Position numbers and translations under genes: made by a program
The notes under the pieces: generated by a model
The model's database searches: none
Told to the model about the DNA's origin: nothing
The model's input: the letters and a program-made list of their open reading frames with translations, nothing else
Shown: positions 31,534-42,798 of the stretch, in pieces
Position numbering within the stretch: position 1 is the stretch's first letter
Layout: each line of letters starts with the position of its first letter
NCBI GenBank assembly: GCA_001949185.1
Contig: BDGG01000001.1
Location: forward strand, 1,546,263-1,610,262
Length of the DNA: 64,000 bases
Origin: Ramazzottius varieornatus
Lineage: Eukaryota > Animalia > Tardigrada
Reading direction: 5' to 3'

Positions 31534-33732
31534 ATGGCCGATCTTTCGACATCGCAGCTCAGCGAGATGGATTTGTCGACTGCATCCTCTCTACCTTCTC
31601 CTACCGAAGAATTCATCCTTCCTCTCGTTTTGCGTCAGTTTCCGTACTCTACTATCAAGAATGATGTAACCCGATGTATGGTATGGTCCAGCCGTCTATG
31701 TTTCTTCCAGTCACAACGATGGGCAGCGGAGCTGCTGAGGCCGATGGAGAAGATCAAAGGCAAGGCCAAGTCTCCCTTGGCGGAAAGCGATGTCGAGCTG
31801 TTTTCCTCCGTCAACCATCCTCTCTTCTTCGTCATTATCAGCGCCATGCAAAGGTACCAATATGGAGAAGCTTTGGGTTACCTCAAGTCGCCAGAGTACG
31901 AAGAAGACGCGAAGAAGAATCACCTGTTTCGCTTCTTGTCTTTCTACTGTCGATTTCTTCATGGACAATCTTTAGCTATTCAGACGGCCGACAACCCTTT
32001 AGAATTCTCCCCGACCACCGAAAAAGATGTGAAACACCTCCAGGTAATATTTTCACCAGAAATTCCGAAATCCATTGTGGAATGTGGATATATCTCGAAT
32101 TCTGTGCAGATTTTGCGCGAACAGATAAAAGAAGAAAAGCTGATCAACGGCTTGGATTCCCTCATGAAGTACATGTACGCTGTCGTTCTCCGACAACTGG
32201 ATTCTTTCGACATGGCTTGTGATCTCCTGGCAGAAGCCATCACAGAACAGCCGTTCATGTGGTGTTTCTGGTTCGAGTTGTCCGACTGTCTTCGTTCCAC
32301 CGACCAACTCACAACCCTCCTCACTCGACTTCCGCTCCACTGGATGCGCGATTTCTTCCTCGGTCGAGCCTACCATCTGCTAAATATGCCAGAGGAGGCC
32401 TATCAGACATACAAGTACCTAAGAAAGAGTCTGTTTTCTAGCACGCCGTACGTCTTGGGGGAAATGGCCAAGGTCTGCTATGGAAGGAGGGAAACGCAGG
32501 AAGCCTTCAAGCTGATGGAAAAGATTCGAGCCAGTGAGCCCTTCCGGCTGGACGATATGGACTTCTACTCCGTAGTCCTGTACGCTCGCGGAGATAAGGT
32601 ACAGCTGAAACCCTGATGACTGTGGCATGGAAGTCTCATGAGAAGAACTGGAGAAGTGAATATTGAGCTGAGGCTGAATATCGAGTTTACAAACGAATGT
32701 CGTCATTGCGAACGCGATCGCTTACACTGTACAGAGCACAGTATAATAGCGATGACGTCATGTGCAAGTTGGTTGAATCTGGCATTCGACAGTTGGACAG
32801 GTTTTGCGAAGGTTATGTTGAAGCATCTCGTCAAGCGTTTTTTCCTTATCTTGCAGGGAAGGCTTGGGAAACTTTCAAGAGAGCTTCACGACATTGATCC
32901 CTTCACGCCGGAAACTCACATCGTCATTGGAAACTACTACAGCTTGCTGGAGCAGAGCGATCGAGCCATCGAGCACTACAGCAAAGCCTTGAGAGCCAAC
33001 TCGGAGAACCAGACCGCTTGGCTCAACCTTGGGTACGAATACATGGGCCTCAAGAACTATACAAGAGCCACTTCCAGCTTCCAGAAAGTCGTTGAACTGA
33101 ACCCGTTGGATTTGAGAGCGTGGATCAGTTTGGGGAAAGTGGCGGAAGCCGAACACAAACGACCGGAAGCTGCTCTGTACGTCTTTCCTCGTTTCAATCA
33201 TCTGGTGCTGTCCTTGTTTAAAACCCACTCTATTCTTGACAGGTACTTCTTCAAGGCTACGCAAGTCAGTCCAGCCGATCCGCGCGGCTGGAAAGCCTTG
33301 GGGAACGTCTGCGAGTTGATGGAGAAGATGGAAGACGCCATGAAAGCGTACTGGCAAGCATACTTGTGTGGTGAGAAAGAAGAACCTGTGCTGGTGAAGT
33401 TAGGTAAACTTTACGAGAAGGCAAACCAGAAAAAGAGCGCTTTGACTGTGTACGAGAAGTACGTGGAGAGCTGTGAGGAGATGGTGGCGAACGCGAAGGG
33501 CAAGGAGGACCTCGGTAGAAGTGGTTACTTGTCCGAACTGATGTTCGTAATGCAGTTCATAACGCTCGAATACAAGGATGAAGGAAGGGAAGATGACGCC
33601 ATGGCGCTGGAGAAACAGGTGGAAAGGCTAAAGAATGGGAATGACGGCAAGAAGAAAGCGGCGGAAGTTCTAACGCCTGGAAAGAGTTTCAATGAGTCTG
33701 TCTCGATGGATCTCAGTACTGACGAGCAATAG
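31534..33732 (+). CDS. CDC23: Cell division cycle 23 / APC8 TPR subunit of APC/C
   Basis: SSRLCFFQSQRWAAELL, LPLHWMRDFF, EPFRLDDMDFYSVVLY, PETHIVIGNYYSL, AWLNLGYEYMGLKNYTRA, NPLDLRAWISLG; introns 32044-32109, 32599-32856, 33177-33242. Confidence 0.9.
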
Positions 33733-34212
33733 TTTCGGTTTCCGCTTTCCAGAATATTTCAGTGTTGTATTTTCTGCCTGACAGAATGGAGTTTTTTCGT
33801 ACAATGATGACTTTTCGGAATGATTAGGTTTGTTGACGGAAGGAAATGAACTGGCATCCCAACTTCCCGGAAACGAATGATACAACCGATTTCTAGTACT
33901 GTAACAGTTCTCTGTTCAACATCTTCGAACAGAGAATGGAAACACAACCAACGTCAACAGGAACAAAAGCAAAAATCTTAAAATTCTCAAATGGGGAGGA
34001 GTACAAAGTTCGAAACAGATGAGACAATCTTCGGCATGACGGCATGACTGCAAACTAAGTGATTGTAAAGACTGGAAAGTAGTTCCGACGCGACCAACTT
34101 TATATTTCAGAAGGAAAAAACAACATGGAAAACAACTCCGAAAAGTACACCACTGCAGTTCAACGAAGCGACAAACAAAAGCTGAAAGATCCTAAACCCC
34201 TCACGTATGTAT

Positions 34213-35303
34213 CTAAAAATAATGTCCGTTGTGGTAAAGATAGTCGACGACTTCTTCTTTCAAGAAATACTGACGGAAAGTTTTGGATGGAGCACAGCGG
34301 TTGCAGACGTAGGCTTGGTTGTCACTTTTTCTGCATCGGAACACACAGATTGAATGATGCCACTCGTCACAATTGTCACACTGGGTCATACTGAAGAGCT
34401 CTTCGTGGGAGTACTTTCCACAAAAACAGTTGGTCACATCAACATTCCGTCCCTGTAAGCAGAACGACAAGCAACTCACGCATGGAAATTGTAAAAATGT
34501 GATCGTCGAAATTTCAGATTATAATGGAAGTTTCGCACTTACACCAGCATTTGCCTTCCTCTGTTCAGCCATTCTTCTGCGCTGAGCTGCAACCTGTAAT
34601 CGAGGAGCTTTCTTCGGTTGAACTTTCTTCTGCGGCGCGGCTTTCTTCTGATACAGAGGAGGTTGTGCGACCGGAGAACGACCAGCTACAGACTGATGAG
34701 CTGGTTTCTTCGGAACAGTCTTGCGAGGTAGAGGAGACTTTCTGGCTTTCGCTGAAGAGACTTCCGGTGCTGGGACAGTCTTCCGCGGGCGTCCGATCTT
34801 CGGGGTAGCGAGGACGCGACGCGCAGTGGGCTTTCTCTGGAATGGAGTCTTTCCTCGCGCCATTCTTCTGACCGATTCGTGACACAGGCTGGAGGATGCA
34901 TGAGAGTCGGTAGGTGAGGGCTGGGAAGCTTCCAATGCAGCCAAGTCCGATAGACGAGACGAAGTAAGTCGCAGTGAGTGACCACGGATAGTAGCTGGAA
35001 GGTTGGGATCGACGGGCGCTGGAGCTTTCGCTTTAGCAGGACGTCCCCGCTTGGCAGCTGGTTTGGCCGGAGCCTTGGCTACAGGCTTCTTCGCAGTTTT
35101 CTGCAATCGACAGTGTAATAAGAGAATGTTAATACATCAAAGTGAGATTTGTAAGATGGGGATGCAATCCGCACCGTAGGTGGACGACGGTTTTGCTTTG
35201 CAACCAGGGGTGGTCGAGGCTTGCTGACCAGGCGCGTGGCGCTGACGTCCATTGCTCTAGATTTGGAGCTCCTGGGACTGGTGAGCAGACTGATCTTGCT
35301 CAT
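34213..35303 (-). CDS. Basic disordered AT-hook protein with C-terminal PHD finger
   Basis: Exons 35303-35175, 35100-34543, 34452-34213. KRGRPAK and GRPRK AT-hook cores. PHD C4HC3: CFC...QCDNCDEWHHSIC...YVCNRC. Confidence 0.8.
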
Positions 35304-35606
35304 TCTGCAAGTAACAAACCATCAAGGAACATGGAAGGACTACAGTGAAACCTGATGAACCGGTCGTATGAAGACTGCTTCGGCTTCAGGCTTTCAGCTC
35401 CACAAGATGGAGAATCCAGAACGCACTCACCTTCTTCCGCAGCTGTGTGCAACAGGAACCGGTTTTCTGCGAAGCTTATACAGCGCAAGGTATGGAACGA
35501 ACTTTTGCTCGGAAATCAGAAGGAAACAAACCCGGACAAACATTCAAAATGAAGGTCGCGCTGAACGGAGAAAATGCCAAAATCAGAATTAATTTTCATT
35601 TCAATA

Positions 35607-36702
35607 TAGAGATTGCGAGGACAGGTCAGGTCCATAAAAAGCCACTCCCATCTTTCGGTCTCATGTTTCGACGGGTCGTGGGCCGGCTCGAACACGGTGA
35701 AACGCTGCTATTGGTCGACCGGGAAACCGAGACTTCGATTCAGACCGTGCGCGACTGGTCTCATGGAAAACTGAAATTTTGATGAGACCGATTTCTGAGA
35801 CCGTCCGGTAAATTATCTCCTCTAACTTTAGCGTATTTCTGCGCGTTCCGGAGCCTGAAGACTGCCCCTTTCGTGATTTTGGACCGCAGCGTGCGGTGTC
35901 GAACTTTTACGTGGGAGTTCGACATAACATTACACGCATCTACCCCTACTTCAGTGGCGCACTTCCAGTCCCACGATGCCCGAGGAATCGCGACTTGCGC
36001 TTGGAGATTTGCTATTATCCGTGAACTTCATAGCACCAGGATACTTCCAGATTACCAGAGGCTAGGAGCCTGGCTAGCCAGCTGAAATTCGACGGACGAG
36101 AGCGATATACATCTTTCAGACTTTCGGCAACCTCGGCGCAGTGAGCATTAAGCAACAATGCTCAGGATTCCATGACATCCACGATGGCCGCTTTCTCCAC
36201 AAAGCAACCAGTTGAGGATGCCGATTATGTGGTCTGCGGGTGTTTGTATAGCCGGCTAGCCAGGCGTAGGACAGTAGGAAGCTGCACTAAAGTTGCTGGA
36301 TTAGAAAATGAGAAAACATGCGTATCCCCCGCGTTATCAGATATGTCCTTGATGTGCCTCATTTGACTTTCGCCTTATCGTGCGTGTTATGATCTCCTTT
36401 TCGTGTCATGCGTTGGAGTTCGGGAGAGTAAAAGATGGTCAAGAGTTTAGACACTACTGCGGATCCGGTCAGAGCTTTTTACTTCCGGTCGGCAGAACAA
36501 GGATTGCGATATGAGAGTGCACAAACGTGAGACCGTGAGGCGAAATTCTTCCCATGCACAGACGGTGACATCACTTTTGACTTTCATAAAGCTTCATAAA
36601 GCTGATCGGGGCGGAGTTGACTTGTCCATATCTGAGACTGAACCCTGAGAGTCGCGAATATGACGGCAGTTTATGAGACCTGACCTGTCCTCGCAAGCTC
36701 TA
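35607..36702. mobile_element. Non-autonomous DNA transposon (about 1.1 kb, TIR about 33 bp, TA flanks)
   Basis: TAGAGATTGCGAGGACAGGTCAGGTCCATAAA at 35607 versus the reverse complement TAGAGCTTGCGAGGACAGGTCAGGTCTCATAAA ending at 36702. TA on both sides. No transposase. Confidence 0.82.
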
Positions 36703-37001
36703 TAATGTCAAAGGCAGATCCGTGCCGACATCTACGCATTTGCGAGGGCTCCGCCCAAAAGGCTGGCCTTCCAGCGGAGCTATAGAATGAATTATAGACC
36801 GCTTGAGTCATCGTAGGAAGCTGTTCAGGCATTCTAAAGTCCTTAAACTGGGGAAAATATGGCAAACCTGAGCCTAGGGCGGAAAGATAGAAGGATGGGA
36901 ACCAAGGTTCATTCACATCTGACGTAACTAAAAGCCCGGACCGGTTACCACGCCCATTGACCAATAAACAGGAAGAACGGGCCAATAAACCAGCTGTGAT
37001 T

Positions 37002-37175
37002 GGGCGGTCAACCTATCAATGCCAATGGCTAGTATCGGTGGTCAAATATAGCAGAACCAATGTCCGGCCCCCAGTGCTCAACCTAGAAAGACCAATGGTC
37101 AACCCCTAGTGGTCAAGACAGCAAGACCAACGGTTAGCCACTAGTGGTCAATCTACCAAGATCAATGGTCAACCA
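37002..37175. repeat. Degenerate 35-bp minisatellite, about 5 units
   Basis: Units at about 37002, 37035, 37071, 37106, 37141; consensus like CTAGTGGTCAAnnTAnCAAGACCAATGGTCAACCn. Confidence 0.75.
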
Positions 37176-40100
37176 ACCTACCCACCCACCCTGGCGATTG
37201 TACCATTGTACCATCCTGTACCTTCCTACCTCGTTACCCAGCCACGTGGCTGCCGATCGTACAGCAGGCAGCACGAGTTACGCCATACCCTGTCGGTCGT
37301 ACTATTGTCCGACCGGCAGGGTCCTGAGAGTCATCATCTCTTTGATCAACTAGCCGAATTTTGATTGATCAGACACAAACTCATGATTAAGCAAAACCTG
37401 AAGAATTGGAAAAACCAGTAAAAAAAAGGGGAATCGTCCTGATAAAAACGGATCGTGTTGTCTTTGGCTCGAGCTACCTCTGATGAGTTTGCGATTCAGA
37501 GTCCCCTTGTTTGTTACTAGTATTGTTCAGCAAGTTACCAACTTCTTTACGCGATTGACCAGGCAATGGGGAGACTGCGGAAACTCGTCAGGGACGACAT
37601 GGGCGCAGCATCAAGGAATCACTTGCCAATGTGGTCGTTTTTTTGAATGGATTTCCTGATCCTGATCCTGATCCTTACGCCTCGTCTCTGACAGGTTTCC
37701 GCATTAGACTGATTGCGGGGCACTCCCCAGGCGATCAAGGGTGAAATCATCATCAGGGTTTCGGTTTACAATCAAACAGGGACGAGGCCCTGATTGGTTG
37801 AAACGAAGCCTGACAACTTTTCACCGATCCTGATGAGCCCGGAGTAATGATGAGCATTACACGCAGATGGTCCGTATAATGTGAAGTGCAATGTAAAATA
37901 GTATCACTGTAAAAGCGTATTTTCTAGTGTACATTTTACAGACCGAGTGGTTTGTAACGCCTAAAAGTTACAAGGAGCGACGAAAACGACGAACCAGCTG
38001 TGTCTATGTTTACATAGAATATGGCTCTTAGTAATTGTCTTCCAGACAAAGATAAAAATACAGTTACAAAATGACTATTAATTATTTATAGTCAATTATT
38101 AATTATTTAAATTACTTTTATGAATCAGTCTTTTCAGTTTGTCCTACACGAGAATTACATTACACAACAAGCTGAATTTTATAGGATCATTCGATAGCTA
38201 GAATCAGTCTAAACAAGACTTCATGAGAGGATAAGTGTGGATTATCCCGGATCTGGCCACTTCTGAAACAAAAGAAGGAGCACTTCTAGCATCGAAACTC
38301 AAATTGCAAATAGAGATAGGATGCCGGCCGGAGGCCAGCGAAATTTACCAAATTCTGCTTCAAAAGACATTCAAGACTTACTGTCGAGAACATGGAACAA
38401 GCCGGACAAACCAAAGCGACTTACTTGACCGATCACACACGATTCGAACGAAAAATAATGCGTGCCACAAGTTGCGCATCTGGTTCTGATAAGGAGTGGA
38501 ACATGTAAGGATAGCAACTATTCAGCCGCCTTGGCTGTTGTTCCGGACATTGATCGTCTGATTGAGCAGCATTTCCCGGTTTAACTTCAGATACACCTTG
38601 ACTGAATAGAACAGCTGCACTCCTGTGTTTGGACCTGATACATGCGTACGATTCCGTTCAGAAACATAGATTAAGAGGATCAGAGATTTTATCGGTTGAT
38701 CTCCTCCGGTAGCGGACTGTTCGATAGGTAACCTCAGCTTTGTGGAACGGCCGTTCGATAGCTCTTCCAGCTGTTTGAACATTCAAAGCCAATGTAGGCT
38801 TGAGTGGTTGTGCAGGAGGTTTGCCATCTGGAGAGTCTTGGGGTCTATCGTTGGTGAAACGGAGCTTAGACTACGTTTAGCAAAAAGTGAAATTCTGGAA
38901 TAATCTTGTTTTTCCAACTCCCATCCAACTTATCATTGCTAACGGATCTTTCTGGTCAGTTTTTTGCCTTGGAAGTTGTGCGGTGTTTCCTGCTTGCTTA
39001 CCTGTTTCGTGATGAACAATACACACACAATGGATAATTATGGGACAGTAAAAAGTTTGGGATAGGCCTTTTCGCTACGGCGGTATGGTAGCACGTTCGT
39101 ACACGACCGAATCACGCTCAAGTACTTTTCAACACTTTTTCACAGTTGAAGTTCCATTTTACCGTTCTCCCCGCCTGACCCATGACTTTTCTGTCTTTTA
39201 ATTACCCATCACGAGTGTACAAAGCAATGAAAGCATTAGAGGAAGAATATAAACGCATGCACAAAGCGTAAAGCGTGGTGAGAGCGTGACAAGTGACGTA
39301 AAGTATTTGCGGAAAAACGGAGCTGCGGCTACTGTAATGTCATGCGATGTCTCGCACACGATCGGACAGTGTAGTTACAATCAACAGTCAAGGTAGACGG
39401 ACCAGAGAGACCAGAGGGGTAGAGTGACCGCTGTGTAATAAAGTGTGTATATCGAAGAGCCGCAAAACATGGAAGCAGTAGAGGCACTTACCACTATTAA
39501 CGAACAGTACCGTTGGTCTAATCAGCACATAGGCCACGTCCCGGCACGGTCGGCTACATTACGGTTAATTACCTGTGTGCGGCTCGTGGCGATGGGTTGT
39601 ACTTGTGCGTTGCAATAACGGCGGAACAGCGTGCCGCATCTAATCGAGACTTCTTACGAACCGCCTGACCGTAATCAATGGATCGTAACGAGCTCAAAAC
39701 CATAGTTCATAAAAAGTAACAGGGTAGAACCATGATGAACGAAGACACATAAGGGCGTTACACAGAACTGACGTGAAAGACTTCAATATCTGCGCTGAAC
39801 ATATGGATCCGTTCTCTTGAGACGGTTCTTTGTGATTTTTTCAACAAGTTTCGCAACTTGGGTGAGCCGCCGAGAAAGGAAGTGAAGTCGCATTTCAAAG
39901 TAGAACTAAGCCATCCCATGTGCTGTCTTGACCTGGAGACTTCAGTCTCGATGTTTTGTTCTATTTCAAAAGTGTTGTCCTTACCCAGGCACACTTGCAA
40001 GGCAGGTTTCTGAACTTGGTTCCAAGACAGTCATTCGGAGTGCGATCCGTGAAGACTGCCATGAAACTACCGACAGGGTTGCCTTTCGCGGCTTCGTCTG

Positions 40101-40309
40101 GATGAGCACGACAGACTTCAGAAGTCCCTTTTATTATAGTTATTGAGTTCTCCGCTTCGGTCTGATTAGTTTGTTACACCGTTCTGCTGACGCAGATTGC
40201 GAAGCATGGCGCACCTGTCAACCCAATATAATGAGGTTAGCGTGAATCAGAGTCTCCGTAGGATTTTTGGCTCATCGTCGCCCCATAAGTACCGGTAATG
40301 TATTCCGCT

Positions 40310-40667
40310 CAGTATTGCCTCCGGCTCCAAGGTCCTGCGCAGTCGCGTGACATGCAAATGAACTACACCCTATGTAGTTTTTACTGTGCAACGGGCCGAT
40401 TGTGGACCAACGCGTTACCACTTGTTATGCCAGAACCTCTGTACATGTTAGATGATCAGGAAGAGAGTTTGGATATTCCTGATGATTTAGAAGCGTCTTT
40501 CGAGTGGAGTTTCGCTTCGGTGGAAGATTGATTCACGGAAGAACAAAGTGTTACTGTGCTTTAATGGATCGCTGTCCTCGATTGAAGACACGGACACTTT
40601 TCTGTCCCCGCCAGGTAATCTTTACGGGCATGTCACGTGACTGCACAGAACCTAGGAGGTAATACAG
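40310..40667. mobile_element. MITE copy B (same family as 10862-11221), degenerate left TIR
   Basis: Near-identical internal sequence (…CAGGAAGAGAGTTTGGATATTCCTGATGATTTAGAAGCG…). The right TIR ends GGAGGTAATACAG|TA. Confidence 0.9.
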
Positions 40668-42798
40668 TACCTTCCAAATAGGAGTCCTTCGGTTCAACAA
40701 TCACTCAGCGTCTCTCTTCTCGCTTGCAGAAGGCCTAAACAACAGTACATGTACCACATCACTCATGCAATATGTCAGATGGGCTCTGAGCTTACCGTTA
40801 ATCTCTGGGAAATTGATAAGATATCTAGGGTGTACAGCCGCTACAGCGTCCGAATATGATGATATGGAACTGTGCAAACTCAACCACAAACTGCAAGGGT
40901 CACGTCCACCAGTAATCCAAGCGTTCACAGGCGGCGAGGAAAGAAGCAGGAAGAAGGAAGCTAAGAAGCTTTGTGGAGCACGGGATATCTTGGTTCGGGA
41001 ATGTCCATCGGCTGCGTTTTTCGCTAGCAGGGATAAGGCTGTTCAGCGTCGATGTTCCGGTAACAGCATTTCTCCGTCGCTAGCTGCTTCCAAACGACAT
41101 ACCTGCAATACGTCCTGCGGAGAAAAACTGGACAGGGAGACGCTCCAGTATGACACAGATTTGTCAGATCCTTGCCAAGCGCGAAAGGAATGATGGGGAA
41201 AGCGGGAAATCTTTTGACGAGTATAGCTGCTTACGCAATAACATGGTGATTTCATGTAGAAATGATTCATGTGCCACGTGCCTGCCCACCCGTAAACCAT
41301 GTTGGTCTACCCACGTAGTTCGATATTTACCTACGGTAGCAGCTCCGTAGTGAGCCGTATTTAGGTGGTTGCCGGACCTATGTCACAAACGCAGGCGCTT
41401 CATGTGCCTGCATACATAGTTTATGCGCAGCAGCTCGCTCTGTCAGGTTAGGCTGGACCGTCGGATCCTCTGAGCAGCTAAGGGTCATCGGATGTTATCC
41501 CTTTGACCTCGACTGTCAACTGAAGCTAGTCCGGCAATGAGTTTATCATTGAAAGACTGGCGTGACGTACGTACGCGTTCCTCTACCCCCTCTAGTCTCT
41601 CTGGACGCACGCTGTTATAGACCGAGGTAGCAGAGTGCCACGCGACCAAACATGAATCAGTACGAAAAAGGAAAACTGTAAGTCACGCCACAAAACGTTA
41701 CCGCTGCACCACAAAGACATTCGCGAGACCTAGATGTTCGTGGATCGACTCATGTTCCGTCTTATATTTTTAAACTTATTACTAGTACTAATTGTAATTC
41801 CTACCCCAATTAGCGTTTGCGGTCTTCCCAGGCAGATGTTCCCGGTCCTTATGTTTGGGCGGGATTTTCCCGGTAAGTACTCTAATTCTGGACTCGTTTG
41901 GGTGGGAATATTCCCGGCATTCCCGGCCTTAGTCCAGGTGTGCGTCCAGCGTCCAACACTCAGCGTTGCTGACTTTCGTCTACCAAGGTTATCCTTGTGC
42001 TGCATCTGCGAAACTTCCGAGACTCACTTCCTTTGGTCAGTATGCACGGACGACGGCCTAACGCAGGAATGCGAGAAGAAACGCAGCGCCAAGCAGAAAA
42101 GGAACCATAGCTTACCGTGCAAGTCGTTACTCGCTGGCCTTTAGAGATGTACTGACGAGGACGCCGTTCCGTGTTACAGTTTACATGGCACATGTACTAG
42201 GTTTTTTTCCACTTTGTCTTTTCGTTCTGCTGAACGGATATGAGAAGTCCACGTACAGATCTTGCGGGTTGACAGAGGCTGCAAGAATTTAACCCAGCCG
42301 CAAACGTCGGCAGACAAAGCTAGCAAGCGACAACAAACACTTTGCGATCCAACGCACCCTGATTCGAAGGTATCAGGGAAGCCTGGTTGTAGGCGTGACT
42401 TCGGCCCTGCGAGCGACCCTGATAGGCTCTGTTCCAAGTAGTTCCGCAATCTCTCTAATCCCTCAAATATTTCGTTCGCAGGCGGAGCCTCTCTCTTAAA
42501 GCCTTTGTAACAAGATGACCATCAGGCGCAGCGCATGCGCAGACAACTTGTCCTCATGCAGATAGGTACACTGGTACCTCGAGTTGATTGATCTGATTGA
42601 GGGAATTTGCTGTCCCCGGAAATTCGTGTCTTGCCACATTCAGAGAGTCATTCCCGTTTGATAAGATCTTCCTCTCTCAATTGAGTCGATTCAAGTGCCT
42701 CGCTGCAGGGAACTCCCTTAAATTTATTCGTTTTGCATTCGTTTTGCGGCATGCTGGGGAGGGCCGAAACCTGAACTAGTTCCGCTCCTCAGATAGAG

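Noticed and set aside
31674-33357. Long alternative-frame and antisense ORFs over CDC23 (similarly over UBR7 and FASTKD)
   Set aside because: Shadow ORFs produced by the codon bias of the real genes.
38235-38900. Weak resemblance to a Ulp1-like protease (QQ..NSC) or TE protein remnant
   Set aside because: Multiple stops and no catalytic His/Asp context can be identified.
41820-41935. Repeated TTCCCGG / TTTGGGnGGGA motifs as a hAT subterminal region or E2F sites
   Set aside because: No matching opposite end or TSD was found; too short to call.
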